In this document: piece by piece, positions 55,805 through 64,000 of the stretch
How the letters are laid out: each line of letters starts with the position of its first letter
Numbering within the stretch: the stretch's first letter is position 1
Source of the DNA: an uncultured delta proteobacterium
GTDB lineage: Bacteria > Myxococcota > Myxococcia > Myxococcales > Anaeromyxobacteraceae
NCBI GenBank assembly: GCA_963814585.1
Contig: CAWFDF010000003.1
Location: forward strand, 448,001 to 512,000
Length of the DNA: 64,000 bases
Direction of reading: 5' to 3'
Program-made: the position numbers and the translations under genes
Notes under the pieces: model-generated
What the model was told of the DNA's origin: nothing
The model's input: only the letters and a program-made list of their open reading frames with translations
The model's database searches: none

Positions 55805-57586
55805 CTACCACCTCTCGGAGGAGTGGCAGCTGTTGGCGCAGCTGCGCGCGGTGGGATTCCACCCCACCGCGGTGGTGGTCAGGACGTTCTTCAGGCCGTC
55901 CACGTGGGTGGCCCGCGCCACCGTGCCGGTGGTGGTCCCGGTCCGGGCGTAGCCGGCGCCGTGACAGTACGAGCAGGCGATCTTCTCGCTCTGGTGCTTG
56001 GAGTGCCGGCCGGTGCCCGGCGGGTTGCCGTGGCAGCTGGCGCAGGTGGCGGTGGTGGTCCCGGTCCAGGCCTTGGTCCTGGCCGTCCCCGTCACGCCGC
56101 CGGTGAAGGTCCCGTGGCAGTACGTGGAGGCGCAGGTCGCCGAGGTGGCGCTGGCCCGCGTGTAGGTCGCGGCCGCCCCGCCGGTCCTGGCGAGCGGCCC
56201 GAAGGCCACCTCGGCCAGGCCGTTGCCGTCGACGTGCGCCGCGTCGGTGATGACGCTGCCGGACCGGGCCGGGTGGCAGGCGTCGCAGCCCATGGGGCTC
56301 ATCATGGCGGTGGCCGCGTGGAGGGCGTGACGGCCCACGCTGGTGTTGGTGGCGACGCTGCGTCCCTGGATGTCCACCGGCGGCGACGCCACGCCGCTGC
56401 TCCTCGTGCCGTGGCAGAAGGTGCAGTTGGAGTCCCAGCCCGTGATGCCGCTGGCAGCGTGGCAGGTGGCGCAGGAGATGCCCGAGGAGCCGCCCGCCAG
56501 GTCGGCGCCGTGGCAGCTCCTGCACCCGGTCAGGCCCGTCAGGTTCACGCCGTAGCCGTGCTGCGCCTTGTCGGCCCAGCCGGCCGGGTGGCCGCTCGTG
56601 ACCTCGACCGTGCCGTTCAGGTGGATCGCCATGTTGACGGTGCTGGCCGTGTAGCCGGTGTGGCAGGTGCCGCAGGCGGTGCTGGTGGAGTGCGGCGCCG
56701 AAGGCGGCGAGAGGTGACAGCTGCTGCAGTCGAGCGGCTGGGTCTGGGTCCAGCCCGGCAGGATGCCGGTGCCGCGCGAGGTCGCCGCCAGCTTGGCGCC
56801 GTGGCAGTAGGTGTTGGAGCAGGTGGCGTCCGTCCCGTTCCAGGCCGGCGCCGTGCCGCCGCCCTGGGTGGCGAGGCCGCCGAAGGTCACCGTGGCGGTG
56901 GGACCGTCGATGTGGCCGGCGGAGAGCGCGCTGGCCGGGACCAGGTGGCAGGCGTCGCAGGCGACGGGGGCCGCGAGGCCGTGCGACGCGGCGAGGTGGG
57001 AGGTGTGCTTGCCGACCCGGACCGCGTCGGCGGTGTTGCCCCAGGTGGCCCTGGGCGGCGCCCCGGTCTGGCTGTCGGTTCCGCCATGGCACATCACGCA
57101 GCTGGTCTTCCAGGACGCCCCGTGGCACTGGGCGCAGGCGGTCGTGGCCGAGCCACCCACGCCATCGAGGTTCGCGCCGTGACAGCCCTGGCAGGCGGCG
57201 ATGCCGGCGTTGGCGGAGAGGGCGTGGAAGCTCGGGCTGGCCGGGTCGGACCAGCCCAGGACGTGGCCGCTGGTCGCCTTGGACCCGCAGGGGTGGCAGG
57301 ACTCGCAGCTCTGGCCGCCGGCCACGTACCCGGCGTGGCCGCCCGCGGGAACGCAGGCCTGGCCGGTGACCGCCGTGGCGGCGAGCGGGCCGGACCGGAC
57401 CGGGGGCGCGGCCGCGGCCTGGATGGTGGGCGAGGCCGTCTCCTCCCCGGGCCTGGCGCAGGCCGAGGTGAGGACCAGGGCGGCGATGCCAGAGATGACG
57501 AGCGCGAGTCCGTGGCCTCGCCCTGGCGAGCAGGACGACGTCCCGGATTCCCTACCAACCTGAACACCTTGGAGCATCTCGTTCAC
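55805..57586 (-). CDS. Multiheme c-type cytochrome lipoprotein (CxxCH/CxxxxCH family), about 16 heme motifs
   Basis: Lipobox-like LVLTSAC. Counted 13 CxxCH, 2 CX4CH and 1 CX3CH in 593 aa. Confidence 0.92.
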   Translation of the reverse strand: MNEMLQGVQVGRESGTSSCSPGRGHGLALVISGIAALVLTSACARPGEETASPTIQAAAAPPVRSGPLAATAVTGQACVPAGGHAGYVAGGQSCESCHPCGSKATSGHVLGWSDPASPSFHALSANAGIAACQGCHGANLDGVGGSATTACAQCHGASWKTSCVMCHGGTDSQTGAPPRATWGNTADAVRVGKHTSHLAASHGLAAPVACDACHLVPASALSAGHIDGPTATVTFGGLATQGGGTAPAWNGTDATCSNTYCHGAKLAATSRGTGILPGWTQTQPLDCSSCHLSPPSAPHSTSTACGTCHTGYTASTVNMAIHLNGTVEVTSGHPAGWADKAQHGYGVNLTGLTGCRSCHGADLAGGSSGISCATCHAASGITGWDSNCTFCHGTRSSGVASPPVDIQGRSVATNTSVGRHALHAATAMMSPMGCDACHPARSGSVITDAAHVDGNGLAEVAFGPLARTGGAAATYTRASATSATCASTYCHGTFTGGVTGTARTKAWTGTTTATCASCHGNPPGTGRHSKHQSEKIACSYCHGAGYARTGTTTGTVARATHVDGLKNVLTTTAVGWNPTARSCANSCHSSERW

Positions 57587-57673
57587 GATGGCGCCTTCCC
57601 GAGGCAGCTTCGGCGGGCTCGCCGAGGCCTCTCCGTCCTGCAGAGCTCCGATGACCTGGAAAAGTGGGGATGC

Positions 57674-57715
57674 ATCCTATCGGGCTCTGGCCGTCCTGCC
57701 CTTGACTGGAGTCAA
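57674..57715 (-). promoter_or_regulatory. FNR-type class II promoter of the cytochrome operon
   Basis: TTGAC-TGGA-GTCAA at 57702-57715 and a minus-strand -10 TAGGAT at 57679-57674. This centres the box at -41.5 from a predicted TSS at 57667. Confidence 0.65.
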
Positions 57716-57936
57716 CGCTGAGTCGGTGCGGCAATAAGCCGCGCTCCGGCAGGTGCGCCGGCGCCAGGGTCCCGCGAGGAGGCGCCGGGAGGAGCCCACC
57801 GGCCGCGCACGCGCAGGGGTTCCGTCGCCGAGGCCCGGCCCTCCGGGCCGACCGATCCTGGGGCCACGCGCGGGTTCCAGCCTGGCGATTCGAGCGCCGG
57901 TTCGCTCCACCAGCGATCCTCGGTAGCATGCGGCCC

Positions 57937-58752
57937 ATGACGAAGGCCCGGCTCCTGGTCTGGCTGGCGATGATCGCGCCCGCCCTGGGCTGTGCCAGCT
58001 CGTGCTCCCGCAAGCGGCCGGCCGGCGTTCCCGCGCCGACCGGCCTCTCTCACGAGTCGCTCGAGGATGGCGGGATCACCTACCGCTACGCCGTCCACGT
58101 GCCGCGAGGCTACGACCCGGCCCGGGCCTGGCCGGTGGTGGTCTTCCTGCACGGCCGCGGGGAGAGCGGCACGGACGGGACCCGGCACGTCACCCAGGGG
58201 GTCGGGGCCGCCGTGCTCCGGGTCGTGGAGGCGTGGCCGGTGATCGCGATCTTCCCGCAGCGGCCGACGCTCCACTCGGAGTGGGAGCAGCACGAGCCGG
58301 CGGTGATGGCGATGCTGGCGCGGGCCGCCTCGCGCCACCACGTCGACCTGGACCGGCTCTACCTCGCCGGGCTCTCGCGGGGGGGCCACGGCGTGTGGGT
58401 CCTCGGGGCGCACCACCCGGAGACCTGGGCCGCGCTGGTCCCCGTCTGTGGCTACGTCTCGGCGGGCCGCGAGGTCGCGCCGGGCCTGCCCCCACCCTTC
58501 AACGGCACGCCCGCCGAGCTGGCCCCGGCACTCTCGAGGGTGCCGATCTGGGCCTTCCACGGCGCGGCCGACGAGGTGGTGTCGCCGCAGGAGACGCGCG
58601 ACATGGTGGCCGCGATCGAGGCCGCGGGGGGCGCGCCTCGCATGACGATCCTGCCCGGCGTCGGCCACGACGCCGGGGACCCCGCCTTCCGCGACGGCGG
58701 CCTCCGGGACTGGCTGCTGGCGCAGCGCCGGCCCGCCGGCCGGCGGCGCTGA
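57937..58752 (+). CDS. Exported alpha/beta-hydrolase (predicted peptidase/esterase)
   Basis: WPVVVFLHGRGE, RLYLAGLSRGGHG, IWAFHGAADEVV and PGVGH. Confidence 0.8.
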   Translation: MTKARLLVWLAMIAPALGCASSCSRKRPAGVPAPTGLSHESLEDGGITYRYAVHVPRGYDPARAWPVVVFLHGRGESGTDGTRHVTQGVGAAVLRVVEAWPVIAIFPQRPTLHSEWEQHEPAVMAMLARAASRHHVDLDRLYLAGLSRGGHGVWVLGAHHPETWAALVPVCGYVSAGREVAPGLPPPFNGTPAELAPALSRVPIWAFHGAADEVVSPQETRDMVAAIEAAGGAPRMTILPGVGHDAGDPAFRDGGLRDWLLAQRRPAGRRR

Positions 58753-58760
58753 CGCGGCGG

Positions 58761-60239
58761 TCACATCCCCAGCAGCCGGAGCAGCCGCGCCTGCATGGCC
58801 TTCTTGCGCGGCCCGTCGGCGCAGGCCTCGATGGCCCTCGCCCAGGCCTCGCGGGCGCTCTTCTTGAAGCCGAGCTGCTCCCAGGTCTGCGCCAGGTGCT
58901 GGTGGGCCGCGTCGACGTCGGGCCGCAGCTCGGTGGAGCGCGAGTAGGCCGCGGCGGCCTCGAAGAGCAGCCCCTGCCGGGCCAGCGCCTGGCCCAGGTA
59001 GTAGTGGGCCTCGGCCGAGAACTGGTCGCGGGCGCAGGCCTGGCGCAGGTGGGCGGTGGCCTCCTCCAGCTTCCCGGCGCGCAGCGCCAGCGCGCCGGCC
59101 CGCCAGGCCGTGGCCGCCTCGGCCCGCCGGGCCGCGTCGGCCGGGTCGCCGGCCGGCCCGAGCAGCAGCACCTTGGCGACCCGGGTGGCCTCCTCGCGGC
59201 GGATGGGCTTCTCCAGGAAGGCGTCGGCGCCGAAGGCTTGCTGCGCGTCGGCGGCCGCGGTGCCGCGGTGGACGCCGCTCAGGAGCGCCACCTGCGTCGT
59301 CCGCAGCACCGGATCGCCCTTGATGGCCCGGCAGACGTCGAACCCCTGCATCATCGGCAGCATGGCCTCCATCACCACCAGGTCCGGGCGCGCGTCCCGG
59401 GTGATGTCGAGGGCGGAGCGGCCGTTGGCCACCTGCAGCACCGTGCAGCCGAGCGTGCCGAGCAGCTCCGCCAGCTCCTCGCGCGCCTCGACGTGGTCGT
59501 CCGCCACCAGCACCAGCTTGCCGGCGCCGGCCCCCTCCAGCCGCACCGTCGGCGTGGCGCGCTGGCCGCGCGGCGCGGCCAGGGCAGGCTGGAGCTCGGG
59601 CGGGCGGGTGAGCCGCGCCGGCGTCGGCGCCGCGAAGGGCGTCTCCATCGACTGGGAGAGCGGTATCAGCTCGATGTGCTCGCCGGCCTCGGGGAGGTCG
59701 GAGATCTCGGGGAGGTCGGAGGCCTCGGCCTTGCCGGCGCGGTGGACCACCCCGACCCAGGCCGCGGCCGGATCCGGGAGCGCCGGCGCCTGCGGCCCGC
59801 GCCACGCCGGGGCGAAGCGCTGCTTCTCCTTCAGCAGGCCGTCGAGGGCGCGCTCGACGGCGGCCGGGACGGCGGCGTAGCGGAGCACCTTCCTCCCGGT
59901 GACGAAGCGCAGCTCGTCGGCCAGCGCCGTGTCGTCGGGATCGGCCATGGCCAGCACCAGCTCGGCGCGGCCGACCGAGACCGGCAGCACCTTCTGCTGG
60001 CGGCAGAAGCCGTGGGCCACCACGCCGAGGTTGGCGACCGGGATCACGCTGCGCGAGAGGTCGACGCCCGGGCAGTCGTGGAGCTCGACCAGCGCCTTGA
60101 CCAGCGCCCCTTCGGTGGCCAGCCCGAGCCGCAGCGCGGCCGAGGCCACGTCGCCGTCGTGGGAGGCCGCCAGCGCCTGCGCCGCTCCCTGGGCGGTGAG
60201 CGTCCCGGTGCGGACCAGGTAGCCGGCGAGGTCGGGCAT
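58761..60239 (-). CDS. GSPII_N/MshEN-like + receiver + TPR protein
   Basis: VLAMADPDD...LRFVTGRKV (T2SSE-N), receiver VLVADDH...PDLVVMEAMLP...FLEKP, and C-terminal TPRs. Confidence 0.8.
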   Translation of the reverse strand: MPDLAGYLVRTGTLTAQGAAQALAASHDGDVASAALRLGLATEGALVKALVELHDCPGVDLSRSVIPVANLGVVAHGFCRQQKVLPVSVGRAELVLAMADPDDTALADELRFVTGRKVLRYAAVPAAVERALDGLLKEKQRFAPAWRGPQAPALPDPAAAWVGVVHRAGKAEASDLPEISDLPEAGEHIELIPLSQSMETPFAAPTPARLTRPPELQPALAAPRGQRATPTVRLEGAGAGKLVLVADDHVEAREELAELLGTLGCTVLQVANGRSALDITRDARPDLVVMEAMLPMMQGFDVCRAIKGDPVLRTTQVALLSGVHRGTAAADAQQAFGADAFLEKPIRREEATRVAKVLLLGPAGDPADAARRAEAATAWRAGALALRAGKLEEATAHLRQACARDQFSAEAHYYLGQALARQGLLFEAAAAYSRSTELRPDVDAAHQHLAQTWEQLGFKKSAREAWARAIEACADGPRKKAMQARLLRLLGM

Positions 60240-60295
60240 GGGCCGATGCTAGCCCGCCCCGGGAGCGGGTGGAAATCGCGCCCCGGCGGGCCTCC

Positions 60296-61120
60296 TCAGC
60301 CGGCCGCCGGCGGCGCGCCGTCCCGCCCCAGGCGGCGCCGCAGCTCCTCGACGTCGCGCACCAGCCGCTCCAGCGCCAGCTCGTTCTTCAGGTTGACCCG
60401 GTAGTCGGCCTCGGCGGCCGCCCGGTCGGCGGCCACCTCGCGGTTCTGCGCCATCATCAGCAGGGGGCCCTGCAGGGCCACCAGCACCGCCAGCACCAGG
60501 TTGAAGAAGACGAAGGGGTACGGATCGAAGGCGCGGTCCGTGGCGACGTTGAACACGGACCAGGCCGCGGTGGCGACCACCAGGAAGGCGACGAAGCCCC
60601 AGCTCCCGTTCCAGCGGGCCACCCGCACCGCCACCCTGTCGGAGAGGCCCTGGGCGGCGTCGAGCTCCTGCACCACGTTGCGGCTGGCCCGCTCCGACAG
60701 CAGCTCGGCCGAGTGCCGCAGCAGCGCCGACAGCGACTCCACCAGCGCCCGCGCCCCCTGCGGCGAGCCCAGCACCACCTCGAGGAAGTCCTGCCGGGAC
60801 AGGGTGAAGAGGCGGGAATCGGTGATCGCCACCACCGAGGCGGTGCGGGGGCCGCCGTCCACCACCGCCAGCTCGCCGAAGTGCTCCCCCGGGCCCAGCC
60901 GGCCCAGCACCACCCGCGGCGCGCCGCCCTCGGCGGGCAGGAAGGCCTCCACCGTCCCGGTGGCCATCACGAAGAGCTGGTCGCCCGGGTCGCCCCGGCT
61001 GAACACCATGCCGCCGGCCGGCACGCGGAGGTCGCCGAGCCGCTCCCGCACCCGCGCCCGGTCCGCCTGGGGGAGGGCCTGGAGGAGCGGGATCCGGTCG
61101 AGGAGGGTGGCGATGGGCAT
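60296..61120 (-). CDS. Cyclic nucleotide-binding + DUF1003 membrane protein
   Basis: GEHFGELAVVDGGPRTASV (cNMP) and GSWGF...FDPYPFVFFNL...MMAQNR (DUF1003). Confidence 0.88.
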   Translation of the reverse strand: MPIATLLDRIPLLQALPQADRARVRERLGDLRVPAGGMVFSRGDPGDQLFVMATGTVEAFLPAEGGAPRVVLGRLGPGEHFGELAVVDGGPRTASVVAITDSRLFTLSRQDFLEVVLGSPQGARALVESLSALLRHSAELLSERASRNVVQELDAAQGLSDRVAVRVARWNGSWGFVAFLVVATAAWSVFNVATDRAFDPYPFVFFNLVLAVLVALQGPLLMMAQNREVAADRAAAEADYRVNLKNELALERLVRDVEELRRRLGRDGAPPAAG

Positions 61121-61158
61121 GCGGGCTTCCGCCGGCGGCCTCGAGGCCGCGCCGGCCG

Positions 61159-62157
61159 TCAGATCTCGGCCTTGGTCTCCCGCATCATCAGCCGGGTGAC
61201 GGCCTCGCGGGGATCCACGCCCTCGTAGATGATGCCGTAGACGGTGTCGGTGATGGGCATCTCCACGCCCAGCCGCGCGGCCAGGTCGCGGGTGGAGCGG
61301 GCGTTGCGCACGCCCTCCGCCACCTGCCCCAGCTCGCGCTGGATGTCCTCGAGCTTCTTGCCGGCGGCCAGGCCCCGCCCCACGGTCCGGTTGCGCGACA
61401 GGTCGGAGGAGCAGGTCAGCACCAGGTCGCCCAGCCCGGCCAGGCCGGAGAGGGTGAGGGGGTTGGCCCCCTTCTTCACCGCCAGCCGGCCAATCTCGGC
61501 CAGCCCGCGGGTGATCAGGGCGGCCATGGCGTTGGCGCCGAAGCCGCAGCCGTCGGAGATGCCGGCGGCGATGGCCACCACGTTCTTGACGCAGCCGCCG
61601 ATCTCGCAGCCGACCACGTCACCGGAGGTGTAGGGGCGGAAGGTCTTGCAGTGGAAGGCGTCCTGCACCTGCCGGGCGATCCGCTCCCAGCGCGCCGCCA
61701 CCGTCACCGCGGTGGGCAGCCCCCTGGCCACCTCCTTGGCGAACGACGGGCCGGAGAGGATGGCGATGTACGGGTGCAGCGGGACCGGGAGCACGTCCTC
61801 CAGCACCTCGCTCATGGTCATGAGCGTCCCCTCCTCGATCCCCTTGGCGACGCAGACGATGGGCGTCCCGGCGTGGATGTGGCGCTTCATCTCGATGGCC
61901 ACCTGGCGGACCACGTGCGACGGCACCGCCAGCACCAGCAGCTCGGCCCCCTCCAGCGCCTTCTGGATGTCGGGCGAGGCGTGGACGTTGGCCGAGAGGG
62001 GGATCCCGGGAAGGTAGCGCTCGTTCCGGTGGTGGGCGGTGACGTCCCCCAGCACCGCGGTGTCCTTGTCCCAGGCGGTGACGCTGTAGCCCTTGCCTCC
62101 CAGCAGCGAGGCGAGGGCGGTCCCCCAGGAACCGGCTCCGAGCACGGTGGTGCGCAT
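61159..62157 (-). CDS. gpsA: NAD(P)H-dependent glycerol-3-phosphate dehydrogenase
   Basis: [33 protein letters not shown] and [16 protein letters not shown]. Confidence 0.96.
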   Translation of the reverse strand: MRTTVLGAGSWGTALASLLGGKGYSVTAWDKDTAVLGDVTAHHRNERYLPGIPLSANVHASPDIQKALEGAELLVLAVPSHVVRQVAIEMKRHIHAGTPIVCVAKGIEEGTLMTMSEVLEDVLPVPLHPYIAILSGPSFAKEVARGLPTAVTVAARWERIARQVQDAFHCKTFRPYTSGDVVGCEIGGCVKNVVAIAAGISDGCGFGANAMAALITRGLAEIGRLAVKKGANPLTLSGLAGLGDLVLTCSSDLSRNRTVGRGLAAGKKLEDIQRELGQVAEGVRNARSTRDLAARLGVEMPITDTVYGIIYEGVDPREAVTRLMMRETKAEI

Positions 62158-62337
62158 GGTGTTCCTCCCGATGTGAAGTCGAATCCTAGCCCAGGAAGGC
62201 CGCCGGCACCCGCTCGTCGCGCCCCGGCCCGGCGCCGGTCACCTCCCCGGCGAATCCGGCCCCGCTCCGGCCGCCCACCGGCGACGGGCTGGCCCCTTCG
62301 AGGGCGGCGACCACCTCGGGGTGCGGCAAGGCGGCGC

Positions 62338-62365
62338 TTGCCAAGCCCGAACACGGTCTTAGGTT
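62338..62365 (+). promoter_or_regulatory. Putative sigma70-type leaderless promoter of clpB
   Basis: TTGCCA-N16-TAGGTT-N6-ATG(62372), with no Shine-Dalgarno. Confidence 0.5.
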
Positions 62366-62371
62366 GCCGCC

Positions 62372-64000
62372 ATGCGACCGGACCGATTCACCGTGAAGGC
62401 CCAGGAGGCGCTCACCGCCGCCCAGACCGAGGCGCGCCGCCGCGACCACCAGGCCGTCGACGTCGAGCACCTGCTGCTCGCGCTGCTCGACCAGCAGGAC
62501 GGCCTGGCCCGGCCGCTGCTGGAGAAGATCGGCGCCACGCCCGACCAGGTCCGCTCCAGGATCGAGGACGAGCTGCGCACCCGGCCGCGCGTGGAGGGCG
62601 GCGAGCAGCACCTCGCCCAGCGGCTGGCCAAGCTGCTCGACCGGGCCGACGACGAGGCCCGGCGGCTGAAGGACGAGTACGTCTCCTCCGAGCACCTGCT
62701 GCTGGCCGCCGCCTCCGAGAAGGGGGCGGGCGGCGAGGCGCTGCGCGCCGCGGGCGCCACCACCGAGCGGATCCAGGGGGCGCTGAAGGACCTGCGCGGC
62801 GGCGCCCGGGTCAGCAGCCCGGAGGCCGAGAGCCAGTACCGATCGCTGGAGAAGTACACCAAGGACCTCACCGAGCTGGCCCGCGCCGGCAAGCTCGATC
62901 CGGTCATCGGCCGCGACGACGAGATCCGGCGGGTCATCCAGATCCTCTCCCGCCGCACCAAGAACAACCCGGTGCTGGTGGGTGATCCCGGCGTGGGCAA
63001 GACCGCCATCGCCGAGGGGCTGGCGCGGCGCATCGTCGACGGCGACGTGCCCGAGGGGCTCAAGGGCAAGAAGCTGCTTTCCCTGGACCTGGCCTCGATG
63101 GTGGCCGGCGCCAAGTACCGCGGCGAGTTCGAGGAGCGGTTGAAGGGCGTGCTCAAGGAGGTGGTGGGGGCGGCCGGTGAGATCGTGCTCTTCATCGACG
63201 AGCTCCACACCATCGTGGGCGCGGGGGCCGCCGAGGGGGCCATGGACGCCGGCAACATGCTGAAGCCGGCGCTGGCCCGCGGCGAGCTGCACGCCATCGG
63301 CGCCACCACGGTCGAGGAGTACCGCAAGCACGTCGAGAAGGACCCCGCGCTGGAGCGCCGCTTCCAGCCGGTCTTCGTGGGCGAGCCGTCGGTGGCCGAC
63401 ACCGTCTCGATCCTGCGCGGCCTCAAGGACCGCTACGAGCTGCACCACAAGGTGCGCATCCAGGACGCCGCGCTGGTGGACGCGGCCCGCCTCAGCCACC
63501 GCTACATCGCCGACCGCTTCCTGCCCGACAAGGCCATCGACCTCATCGACGAGGCCGCCAGCCGGCTGCGCATCGAGATCGACTCCATGCCGACCGAGGT
63601 GGACGAGGTGCGCCGCCGCATCGGCCAGCTGGAGATCGAGAAGCAGGGGCTGCTCAAGGAGACCGACCCCGCCAGCCGGGCGCGCCTCGCCGACACCGAG
63701 AAGGAGCTGGCCGCGCGCAACGAGGAGTTCGCCGGCCTGAAGAGCCGCTGGGACGGCGAGAAGGCGGTCATCAAGGAGCTCTCCGAGGCGAGGGCCGCCA
63801 TCGACAAGCTCAAGGTGGAGCAGGAGCAGGCGGAGCGGCAGGCCGACTTCCAGAAGGCGGCCGAGCTCAAGTTCGGCAAGCTGCCGGCGGCGCAGCAGGC
63901 GGCCGACGCGGCCGCGGCACGCCTGGCCGAGCGCCAGAAGGCCGGCGCCATGCTCAAGGAGGAGGTCACGCCGGAGGAGATCGCCAAGGTGGTCTCCACC
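62372..64000 (+). CDS. clpB: ATP-dependent chaperone ClpB, truncated by the window end (absent from the ORF track)
   Basis: Manual translation: [80 protein letters not shown], then the coiled-coil middle domain. Confidence 0.95.
   Translation, partial: MRPDRFTVKAQEALTAAQTEARRRDHQAVDVEHLLLALLDQQDGLARPLLEKIGATPDQVRSRIEDELRTRPRVEGGEQHLAQRLAKLLDRADDEARRLKDEYVSSEHLLLAAASEKGAGGEALRAAGATTERIQGALKDLRGGARVSSPEAESQYRSLEKYTKDLTELARAGKLDPVIGRDDEIRRVIQILSRRTKNNPVLVGDPGVGKTAIAEGLARRIVDGDVPEGLKGKKLLSLDLASMVAGAKYRGEFEERLKGVLKEVVGAAGEIVLFIDELHTIVGAGAAEGAMDAGNMLKPALARGELHAIGATTVEEYRKHVEKDPALERRFQPVFVGEPSVADTVSILRGLKDRYELHHKVRIQDAALVDAARLSHRYIADRFLPDKAIDLIDEAASRLRIEIDSMPTEVDEVRRRIGQLEIEKQGLLKETDPASRARLADTEKELAARNEEFAGLKSRWDGEKAVIKELSEARAAIDKLKVEQEQAERQADFQKAAELKFGKLPAAQQAADAAAARLAERQKAGAMLKEEVTPEEIAKVVST

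Noticed and set aside
57587..57667. GEMM (c-di-GMP / c-AMP-GMP) riboswitch before the cytochromes, as in Geobacter
   Set aside because: No GCAAAC...GAAA...GACGCAAAGC core is visible on the minus strand.
62158..62371. CIRCE/HrcA operator upstream of clpB
   Set aside because: No TTAGCACTC-N9-GAGTGCTAA match.

Overview
Very GC-rich bacterial chromosomal segment. Gene content and style suggest an Anaeromyxobacter-like Myxococcota organism (inference, not a database match). From left to right it holds: a MaoC-type dehydratase pair with an amine-dehydrogenase-like gene; a TlpA thioredoxin; a DUF4388-like gene; a selenocysteine formate dehydrogenase operon fdnGHI-fdhE with an in-frame UGA and SECIS; a NitT/TauT ABC importer; cidA/lrgB; a 73-bp tandem repeat, a (GTGGCG)15 microsatellite and an HNH endonuclease; lutABC with a FAD/Fe-S D-lactate dehydrogenase; glycerate kinase; a transpeptidase-only PBP; ppdK; a TusA with a PP-loop tRNA thiolase; a triple-DsbA protein; a cyclase-like protein; an M28 peptidase; a panD remnant and a tiny Trp-containing uORF before trpEGDCFBA; pirin; ppnP; ABC-2 permeases; a broken M3 peptidase; two paralogous multiheme cytochrome c lipoproteins (about 16 and 19 heme motifs) behind an FNR-type class II promoter; gpsA; and a partial clpB. 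No rRNA, tRNA, CRISPR array or transposase was recognised. Several genes carry single-base deletions in G/C runs, which look like long-read consensus errors. Many genes appear to be leaderless (TAnnnT, 6-8 nt, then the start codon). All product calls come from motif recognition by eye.
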